DNA from: Mogibacterium sp.
Lineage (GTDB): Bacteria; Bacillota; Clostridia; Peptostreptococcales; Anaerovoracaceae
Assembly (NCBI GenBank): GCA_017510725.1
Contig: JAFWMD010000049.1
Location: forward strand, 82,478 to 146,477
Length of the DNA stretch: 64,000 bases
Reading direction: 5' to 3'
Position 1 is the stretch's first letter; every line of letters begins with the position of its first letter. A program made the position numbers and the translations under genes. This document shows, one piece after another, positions 36,266 to 44,134 of this stretch. The notes under the pieces were generated by a model. It saw only the letters and a program-made list of their open reading frames with translations, did no database searches and was not told where the DNA came from.

Positions 36266-38836
36266 TTATAATCTGACCGCTTCGAGAGCCTTACAGAGCT
36301 CTTCGATATCCTGATATCTTTCATCAGGGTCTATCCTCATACATTTCTCGATAACGGCCGCAAAATCAGATGATATATCATTATGATACTCGTGTGCAGG
36401 CTTTATGGCAAAGAAATTCAGACTCGGCCTTACCCCTGTCAGCAAATGATACAATGTTGCCCCTATCGCATATATGTCAGATCGAGGACCATACCCCTTT
36501 TGTATGCAGTCTATGAGGAATGACCTGTTATCAACAACCAGATCCAGCTGATCCTGTGGAAGTGTCTGTTCATCCGGAATCGCGGATGTTTCATCATCCC
36601 ACTCTGCCGCAACGGTTGCCTCATCCCAGTCTCCGGCTACTGTAGGTTCATCCCATTCCTCACTCCACATATCGCCGGATAAGGCCTTATCCAGATTGTT
36701 CTGTACCGGAGAAACAGCCGGCGGCGAAGTATTAGCGCTGTTGAGCAGACTTCGGCTGAGTTCGTCCGACAGTTTGCTGCTGAGATATCCTGATTCTACT
36801 TTGGCCTTGCTGAATGCCTCTACATCAACGCCTCGCTTCTGAAGCAGATTCAGGTAATTCTTTACAAATCCATACTGTTCGATTGGTGAGTAACCAGGGG
36901 TAGTACCTACCGACTTCACTGTCCCCTTGTCAATAATAGCCGAGATGTTGAAATCTATCAGGCATATATTCCCATCAGGTGTCAGCATTATGTTTCCGGG
37001 CTTGATATCGCTGTGTACGATAGCAGGCTGCATGTTGTGCAGGTATCTGACAGCGTCAGACAGCTGCTTTGCCCATATGAGGACGTATTTCTGTTCAAAC
37101 CTGCGCCCTTCCTTGAGATAGTCAGCAAAGCTCTTCCCAGGGACAAAGTCAGTAACAAGATACAGAGCCTGGTCGGCATCAAACACGTCATATATCTTAG
37201 GCAGATACATGTGCTTGACTCTCTTTAGCAATTCTACCTCGCGTTTGCCCGACACGGAGGTCTTCTGGTCGGCAGCTACCTTCTTCAGAACTACCTTTTC
37301 ATTCAGCCTTGTGTGCCATGCCGAGAACACCTCACCGAAGCCGCCCTTGCCTATCACATCAAGAACAGCATATGTATCATTGTAGATTATACTGTCCCCG
37401 ATACCTGCATGGATGACTCTGCTGATCCCGTTCTCACCAAAGCAGTCGTCAGGAACTTCAGAAGGATTGTCAGCTGCAAGAATAAACATTGCATTTCTGT
37501 CATCAGCTGTATTGCTGATAAAGTCCATCAGTTTCTGAGCTGTTTTTTTACCCGGATCACTTCCGAACAGCGAGTCAAAATGATTGATGAAGAAGCATGT
37601 CGGCTTATTGCTGTCGCATTTCAGTTCTATTTCACCACTGTCCGCCATCCGTCTCATGAGATCAGATGCATCCAGATACTCTATTTCCTGACTGAGCGAA
37701 GAGGAAAGATTCTCTACTACATACTGTTTATTCATTTCAGCATTGCCGTAGAGCAGTATCGTTTTTACCGGTTTTTTCCCCGTAAATATGACTTTGCTGT
37801 AGCTCTTTTCGCTGGAAAGTGTGCCGGCAATTGCTTCGATTTCTTCAGAGAAGTTCCTTTCTACATCTATCGCAGAAATGATCAGCTGGCCTGTGTTTGC
37901 TTCAAGATCCGCCTGTGACATTGCATTTGAGACCTTGAATGATGAGAACGGTCTTGTGATCACATATGCCAGGATGGTCTGTATCAGGACCTGAACGACT
38001 GAAATATTCACAGTAAGTCCGTCGACAAGGTTCAGCAGCGGTCCCGAGCCTGTCAGCAGCGCTGCCATAAGAGCAAATATCACTCCTTCACGAATATCAA
38101 GAGGGATCCTGGTGATCTTCACATTTTCGGATATCAGCAGTCTGCCGGCTATTATGGCAATGATCAGGTTAACTGCAATGACTACTATCAGCGGCAGCAG
38201 CATGCTTCCGGCCTGAGTGGCTCCGAACCCCAGATCAATACCTGCGATAACATTCTCCAGGTTTGATTTCATGCTCATGCCTTGCTGATTCCAAATGCTT
38301 AGCGGCTCCTCGTTAGCTATGTAGATGCCTGACACAAATCCCATAATTGAAAAAACTACCGCCGCTGTATATTTTGGGGAGCTGCTCATCTTATGTCCGC
38401 AAAAAACTATCAGGGTAAACAGCAGATATGCTGCTGCAGGTGAGCCTTCCTTCGAAGTCATCATACATAATGGGATCAGCATAAGTATCAGGCAGTGGAC
38501 CGACTTTGATATGACTCCTTCAAAAATCATAAGAACCGCAGCCACTGTAACAAGAATCGGAGCGGTCCCGCCTATCGTTATGAACAATGCGGCTCCCGAC
38601 AAGGCAACACCCAGTCCAGGGGATAACAGTGTCAGGGCAGCACATCCAAGCGATATAAGAATTACCAGCTGCCCCTCTACCAGGCCCGGCAGAGGTACTT
38701 CTCCAAGCTTGCTGTAAAAACTCAGCATCCTGAAAACGCCTGCACCGCATACTGCGGCGCAGACTATTTTCATGATGATCTCATATTTAACTTTTTTCAG
38801 GAAGAAATTATCCCATCTGAGTCTCAGATTATCCAT
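36266..38836 (-). CDS. Three-part fusion: polytopic membrane domain, degenerate AAA+ (SpoVK/CbxX/EccA-like) module, atypical Hanks kinase (K8)
   Basis: aa ~20-297 form multiple TM helices. aa ~345-465: VIFTGKKPVKTILLYGNAEMNKQYV ... CFFINHFDSLFG ... AQKLMDFISNTADDRNAMFILAADNP has the AAA+ layout with the Walker A/B residues lost. aa ~488-856: GKGGFGEVFS, VVLKKV, HSDIKPGNIML, IDFNIS, TPGYSPIE, SDIYAIGATLYHLLTG, with a WDE-repeat insert. Confidence 0.8.
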   Translation of the reverse strand: MDNLRLRWDNFFLKKVKYEIIMKIVCAAVCGAGVFRMLSFYSKLGEVPLPGLVEGQLVILISLGCAALTLLSPGLGVALSGAALFITIGGTAPILVTVAAVLMIFEGVISKSVHCLILMLIPLCMMTSKEGSPAAAYLLFTLIVFCGHKMSSSPKYTAAVVFSIMGFVSGIYIANEEPLSIWNQQGMSMKSNLENVIAGIDLGFGATQAGSMLLPLIVVIAVNLIIAIIAGRLLISENVKITRIPLDIREGVIFALMAALLTGSGPLLNLVDGLTVNISVVQVLIQTILAYVITRPFSSFKVSNAMSQADLEANTGQLIISAIDVERNFSEEIEAIAGTLSSEKSYSKVIFTGKKPVKTILLYGNAEMNKQYVVENLSSSLSQEIEYLDASDLMRRMADSGEIELKCDSNKPTCFFINHFDSLFGSDPGKKTAQKLMDFISNTADDRNAMFILAADNPSEVPDDCFGENGISRVIHAGIGDSIIYNDTYAVLDVIGKGGFGEVFSAWHTRLNEKVVLKKVAADQKTSVSGKREVELLKRVKHMYLPKIYDVFDADQALYLVTDFVPGKSFADYLKEGRRFEQKYVLIWAKQLSDAVRYLHNMQPAIVHSDIKPGNIMLTPDGNICLIDFNISAIIDKGTVKSVGTTPGYSPIEQYGFVKNYLNLLQKRGVDVEAFSKAKVESGYLSSKLSDELSRSLLNSANTSPPAVSPVQNNLDKALSGDMWSEEWDEPTVAGDWDEATVAAEWDDETSAIPDEQTLPQDQLDLVVDNRSFLIDCIQKGYGPRSDIYAIGATLYHLLTGVRPSLNFFAIKPAHEYHNDISSDFAAVIEKCMRIDPDERYQDIEELCKALEAVRL

Positions 38837-38854
38837 AATTGCTCGTCCTAAGAC

Positions 38855-39355
38855 TTACTTCACCCTTATCTCGATACCCTCTTCTTCCATGCGGTTTACC
38901 CAGTTCATAATATTGCCGCTCATGCTGTCAATAACCATGCGTCTTTTACCTTTAACATAAATCTCATATCCGCCCCGGTCATCAACGCAGAAGTCGATAT
39001 CATGTATATCAATAGTTTTTCTGAATATCCAGAATCTGGAGGATGTCACCTTATCGCCATTAACTGTAACCTCCCAGAAGCCTTTAACCGGCAGGAGGAT
39101 AACGAAAATCCCAAGCAGGAACAGTCCTCCGAAGATAGCTATAAGATAGCCTTCCAAAGCACCGGCAATACTCGCCCCGATAATACAGAACAGGAAAAAT
39201 GCTGCTCCGATAATGCCTATTACCGAAATGGCTCTTCCGGGTCTCATATCAAATTGTTGGGTCGAATCGGTATTAATTGCATTTGATTTTCCGGACAACC
39301 AGCTCAATAATGCCGGAACAACAAGTGCAATTATAAGTATTGTTATTAAGCTCAT
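38855..39355 (-). CDS. Membrane protein, candidate immunity protein for the Rhs C-terminal toxin
   Basis: 166 aa with three hydrophobic helices (ITILIIALVVPALLSWL; VIGIIGAAFFLFCIIGASIAGAL; LIAIFGGLFLLGIFVILL) followed by a soluble tail. It starts 16 nt after the Rhs stop, on the same strand. Confidence 0.65.
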   Translation of the reverse strand: MSLITILIIALVVPALLSWLSGKSNAINTDSTQQFDMRPGRAISVIGIIGAAFFLFCIIGASIAGALEGYLIAIFGGLFLLGIFVILLPVKGFWEVTVNGDKVTSSRFWIFRKTIDIHDIDFCVDDRGGYEIYVKGKRRMVIDSMSGNIMNWVNRMEEEGIEIRVK

Positions 39356-39370
39356 TATTTCACCTAGTCA

Positions 39371-42300
39371 TTATGCAATTCGAAGTAAGCATTTTGTAAA
39401 ACCACCGGCTAATTTTTTGATATATGCACTTGGTTGTATCTTTTTTATGAATTCTTTTACAACTGCACCTTTTATATGCTGCCCGAAAGTATGCAGTAAT
39501 TCAGGCCCCCATGTTTTCGGGCTGCACACTTTAATAACACCAGCCAAATTACTTAACTGTCCCTCATAGAAGTCCTTCGCAGGATTTGCTGTCAGATCCT
39601 GGTACCATTTAGGCATAAAGGTCTTAAGCTTTTTCCCGATGGCTCCAACCGCGGCTCCAATAGCTGCATCGACTGCACCGCAGGCGATGGACTCTCCCCA
39701 GCCTTTTTTATCTACGAACTTTGCTTCGGCAAATCCTCCGACAAATCCTCCGGCTGCTCCAGCTAAAACAGGATTTCCGGTTAAGCCCAAAACACCACCT
39801 TCAACAGCTCCGCCAAGTGCAGATGTTCCAACTTTACCCCAATTTACATTCTTCAGGTTTACATTGCTTAATCCGCCTTCCTTGATCTGTCCGATAAGCT
39901 GCTTGCCGAGCTCCATGCCTCCGCCAACAACTGCTCCTCCAATTGCGCCGATGGCTCCTGCAGCTAAATGTGCAAGGAATCTGCCCTCAGGGTCATAGTA
40001 TGTAAAAGGCATATTCGCGCAGTAAAGATACGGATTCAGAGTTATCGGCCTGACGATATCGCCCTTAACAGGGTCCTGTCCGGCAAAGCGTCCATGCTCA
40101 GGCATGTATTCTCTGGCCTGAGCAAAATACATGTCTGCTGTCGGATCATTCCTGTATCCTATGTATCTCAGTGGCTGGATGCTGTTCTCTGGTTCGTAAA
40201 GAGATGTACCGAATTCATCGTATCCGTAAGTCTCCGCATTGCTTCCATCCATGCCGAGAAGTCTTATCGGGCTGCCTTTATCATCATTTATAACATTGTA
40301 ATCGGTTTCACCTTTAAGTGTTATAAATGTGCCGTCAAAGATATATGCTTCCGACTTACCGTTAATGCTTCTCTCAAACAGGTTGTTGAAGTACTTAGTC
40401 ATGTCGACTGTGTACTTGATCTTCCTGTCTGAATCCGCGCCTCCCAGAATCGTTTCTTCGATACGGTGTCCTAATCCGTTATATGTATAGGATGCTTTGT
40501 TTAAGCCGTTAGCTGCCTCTGCCAGTTTTCCTGCAGGATCATAAACATAGGAGTTGCAGGTCTTGCCATCAATGGCTCTCTCGATGACATTACCTCTCTT
40601 ATCATATCTGAAAGTTTCTTTTACCGGGCCGGCTGCTTCCAGCAGGCGGTCCATAGCATCATATGTATAACTGGTGCTGACACCACCGGATACCAACGAT
40701 TTTCTGTTTCCAAACGCATCATACTCATATGAGCGAAGCGCTGCCCCATTTTTCTTTACAGAAGCAAGTCTTCCGGTCGGATCGTAGCCAAACTCGAACA
40801 GTCCGCTTTCTTCAGGCAGTCCTTCTCTGAAGCGCTCAATCGATGTTCTCTCTCCGTTTGAATCGTAAGTGATACGGGAAGAATCCAGCAATTTTCCGTT
40901 CTGCATGCTTTTGATCTCAGTAAGAAGGCCTCTGTTATCATATGCATACGATGTTGCCAGCCCTGTTCCGACAGTCTTGCTTATAAGATAACCGTAATCG
41001 TCATATCCATAGCGTACATCTGTATCTCCCTCTTTCAGAGATGTCAGTCTCATTGCTTTATCATAACCATATGATACGACTCTGCCGTCAGGATGTTTTA
41101 CGCTGAGCCTCTCACCGGCCTTGCCATATGTATACTCTGCGGATCTGTTATCCGGATATATAACTTTAGTTATTCTGCCGAGGATGTCACTTTCAACTTT
41201 GGTTATTCCAGTCCAGTCACTGACCTCTGAAAGCTTGCCAAGAGCATCATGCTGCATCATGATCTCTCTGCCGTCATCATACTTTACAGAATTGAGTTCT
41301 CCGTTACGGTCATATCCATATTGTGTAAGGTAGCCGTCTTTATCTATTGCCTGAGTAAGCTCTCCTCTGCCATTGTACACAAACTTTTCTGTATACCCGA
41401 GAGGATCCGTAACAGATACGATGTTTCCGCAGAGGTCTCTGACACACTCTGTCTTGTGGATCTCGCCTTCTCCAATCTTTTTGATTTCGACAAGCATGTC
41501 GAGTGCATCATAAACGTATTCAGTTCTGCATCCGAGTTCATCGGTAACGCTGCTCAGTTTACCTGTCAGTGTGTATTCATATACATTCTTATTGCCATTG
41601 CAGTCGCAGGATGATGTCATATTGCCTACTGCATCGTATGTATATGTATTATTTGCACCATTATTGTCTCTGATTGCAATTACGTTGCCTACCGCGTCGT
41701 ATTCATATCTGACAGTATAGCCTCTGTTTGTGCCCTGAGATTCGAGTCTTCCGTTTATATCATAGGTAAAATACTGTTCCCTGCCATCCGGATATGCGAT
41801 TTTTGATGGCTTTCTGATCGAATCATATTCGATTGTAGTTACTCTGCCTGCCTCATCGATAACTTTTGAAACATCACCGTCAGGGGTATATGCATATTTC
41901 CTTGTTTCTCCAAGTGCATTCTTTTCGCAGATGAGCTGATCGGCGTCATCATATTCCAGATGCACTTCTCCGCCGTTTGCATCTTTGATATGTACAAGGT
42001 TGTTATTTGCATCATACTCATATTCAGTTTCATTACCTTCAGGATCCTTGACATAAATCAGATTGTCAAGATTATCGTACCTGAATTCTGCCACAGCTCC
42101 TTCAGGATCAATGCTGAATTTCAGATTGTTGTTACCGTCGTACTCAAAAGTGCTCTCATTACCCATAGGATCGATTTCCTTGGTAACATTGCCGTTTTCA
42201 TCATACTCGAAGTGAACGGTTGCACCATTTGGAAGCTTATGGGATGAGACATTCCACATGTCGTCATACTCTTCTTCCGTTATTCGGCCCAACGGATCCG

Positions 42301-44107
42301 TTATTCTGCTTACAAAGCCCAGCTTGTTGTACGAGAGTCGTGTAGTTGCCCCGTTAAAGTCGGTAAATTCTTCTATACTATTAATTTCATTAAATTTGAA
42401 ACGTCTCGAGTTTCCTGCTGCATCGGTGAAGCGTGTCAGATTTCCATATCTGTCATACTCATAATTGCTGGTATTGTTTGTGGCATCTGTACTGCTAATA
42501 ATTCTGTTGAGTTCATCATATTCATAAGATGTCCTGACACCCTGAGGATCCTTGAACCAGTTTAAGTTGCCTTTTTCGTCATAGCTCAGTTCAACAGTTC
42601 TTCCGCTTGGAAGTCTCATCTCAGTCGGAAGCCCTTTTTCATTATATTTATATGAGACCTTTCTTCCGAGTGCATCTATAGCCTCCAGCAGATTTCCCTT
42701 GCTGTCATAAGCATTTTTGATCTTACGGACACCATTAACTGAAATCGTAACTGGTTTGTTATGCTTCTCGTATGTCATATTAATGACTACACCATCTGGC
42801 CTTACTATTTTACTTATATTGCCACGGTTGTCATACTGATACTTGATCTCATTCTCATTGAGGTCCTTTTCGGATGTCACGAGGTTTTTGTCATTGTATT
42901 CAAATGACTCTGTACCATTTGTATATACATTATCGGTATTCCTTAACAGCTCATCATGGAAGTGATAGCTCTCACTGCCATTCTTCTCTGTTATGGTCGT
43001 AGCAGCATTCTCCTTGTCATATGTATATCTCATTTCTGAGCCATCAGGGAAAAATTGCCTTGATACTCTTCCCTCATCATCATATTCGTTGTGAACAACT
43101 GTTACGCCTCTTGAATCTACTACATCACTTAAGCAGCCTGAACTATCATAATCAAATTTAACGACTCTGTCGCCGCTGGTAACAGATGTCAGATTCCTCC
43201 CATTATACTTATAAAGTATGCTTCTGCCTGAGTGGTCTGTTACAGATTCTATATGATCCGGGTTTTCCTCAGAATACGTAAACTCAAATGAATCGCCATT
43301 ATCTCTGATAACTTTGATAAGTTTTCCTGCTTCATATTCGAGATCATATCCGAATCCGTTGGCATTTTCTGCTCTTAGAAGCGTTCCCTGCTCATCAAAA
43401 ATGGACAGGTCATTGTCGATCGTTGTGTAATGATATTTCCCATCGATAACTTCAAGTGTAGCTGTACCACCCAGAGCAACATAATTTTTATTGTCTTTCG
43501 TAAAGACTTCCTCCGAGCCGTCGCCAAGTCTTACAGCGGCACCTTGTTCATTGATACTGATCTGCATCTCGTAATTATGAGTCCAGCCCAGACCAAATGC
43601 ACCGTTATTTGTATCACTTGAGTTATAGAAACGTGTCAGTGTGAACGGTGTTTCTGTTCCCATCTGAAGATCATCAATTTCCAGTATAAAGTTACCTGAT
43701 TCTACTGCAACAGGATCTCCTACATACTTATTCCACCATTTTTTACCTTTACCCCAAATATCCTGAATAGTTGCTCCGCCTATAACCAGCCCGCCACCTA
43801 TGATCTTGGCCAGGTCGCCAAGACTCATTTTTTTATTGCGCTGATTCTTGATAGCTATTTCAGTTATCTCATAATGCGATGCTATTGCCTGAAGATTGGT
43901 GCGGATCTTGCTTGTAGCTCCCTGTATCACTTCAAGCTTTTCATTACTCTTTTTCAGGGTGCTCTTGATCTGGCCGGTGCTGTTTCCGATATTGACATTA
44001 TTCATTACACTTGTAATTTCCATGCTGGCCTTTTTCAGCCCCAGCCATGAGGTGCGGATATCGCCCGTCGATCCTTTAAGCTTCTTCGTTCTGACTTTGA
44101 ATTCCAT
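39371..44107 (-). CDS. Rhs/YD-repeat polymorphic toxin with T7SS-type N-terminal helical domain and glycine-zipper C-terminal toxin domain
   Basis: Dozens of YD repeats (YxYDxxGN/R..., e.g. YKYNEKGLPT, YEYDELNRII, FEYDENGNVT). Core-end motif PFTYYDPEGRF. The last ~201 aa (39374-39976) are rich in GxxxG runs (AAGAIGAIGGAVVGGG, GGAVEGGVLGLTG, AGAAGGFVGGFA, AAIGAAVGAIG). The N-terminal ~100 aa are helical and resemble 29311..30297. Confidence 0.9.
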   Translation of the reverse strand: MEFKVRTKKLKGSTGDIRTSWLGLKKASMEITSVMNNVNIGNSTGQIKSTLKKSNEKLEVIQGATSKIRTNLQAIASHYEITEIAIKNQRNKKMSLGDLAKIIGGGLVIGGATIQDIWGKGKKWWNKYVGDPVAVESGNFILEIDDLQMGTETPFTLTRFYNSSDTNNGAFGLGWTHNYEMQISINEQGAAVRLGDGSEEVFTKDNKNYVALGGTATLEVIDGKYHYTTIDNDLSIFDEQGTLLRAENANGFGYDLEYEAGKLIKVIRDNGDSFEFTYSEENPDHIESVTDHSGRSILYKYNGRNLTSVTSGDRVVKFDYDSSGCLSDVVDSRGVTVVHNEYDDEGRVSRQFFPDGSEMRYTYDKENAATTITEKNGSESYHFHDELLRNTDNVYTNGTESFEYNDKNLVTSEKDLNENEIKYQYDNRGNISKIVRPDGVVINMTYEKHNKPVTISVNGVRKIKNAYDSKGNLLEAIDALGRKVSYKYNEKGLPTEMRLPSGRTVELSYDEKGNLNWFKDPQGVRTSYEYDELNRIISSTDATNNTSNYEYDRYGNLTRFTDAAGNSRRFKFNEINSIEEFTDFNGATTRLSYNKLGFVSRITDPLGRITEEEYDDMWNVSSHKLPNGATVHFEYDENGNVTKEIDPMGNESTFEYDGNNNLKFSIDPEGAVAEFRYDNLDNLIYVKDPEGNETEYEYDANNNLVHIKDANGGEVHLEYDDADQLICEKNALGETRKYAYTPDGDVSKVIDEAGRVTTIEYDSIRKPSKIAYPDGREQYFTYDINGRLESQGTNRGYTVRYEYDAVGNVIAIRDNNGANNTYTYDAVGNMTSSCDCNGNKNVYEYTLTGKLSSVTDELGCRTEYVYDALDMLVEIKKIGEGEIHKTECVRDLCGNIVSVTDPLGYTEKFVYNGRGELTQAIDKDGYLTQYGYDRNGELNSVKYDDGREIMMQHDALGKLSEVSDWTGITKVESDILGRITKVIYPDNRSAEYTYGKAGERLSVKHPDGRVVSYGYDKAMRLTSLKEGDTDVRYGYDDYGYLISKTVGTGLATSYAYDNRGLLTEIKSMQNGKLLDSSRITYDSNGERTSIERFREGLPEESGLFEFGYDPTGRLASVKKNGAALRSYEYDAFGNRKSLVSGGVSTSYTYDAMDRLLEAAGPVKETFRYDKRGNVIERAIDGKTCNSYVYDPAGKLAEAANGLNKASYTYNGLGHRIEETILGGADSDRKIKYTVDMTKYFNNLFERSINGKSEAYIFDGTFITLKGETDYNVINDDKGSPIRLLGMDGSNAETYGYDEFGTSLYEPENSIQPLRYIGYRNDPTADMYFAQAREYMPEHGRFAGQDPVKGDIVRPITLNPYLYCANMPFTYYDPEGRFLAHLAAGAIGAIGGAVVGGGMELGKQLIGQIKEGGLSNVNLKNVNWGKVGTSALGGAVEGGVLGLTGNPVLAGAAGGFVGGFAEAKFVDKKGWGESIACGAVDAAIGAAVGAIGKKLKTFMPKWYQDLTANPAKDFYEGQLSNLAGVIKVCSPKTWGPELLHTFGQHIKGAVVKEFIKKIQPSAYIKKLAGGFTKCLLRIA

Positions 44108-44134
44108 AGTTGCCGTCCTCTCGGATTATACAGT

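Noticed and set aside
39639-39998. 119-aa Ala/Pro-rich plus-strand ORF.
   Set aside because: It is antisense to the Gly-rich (GGN codon) C-terminal toxin domain of the Rhs gene, so it is a compositional artefact.
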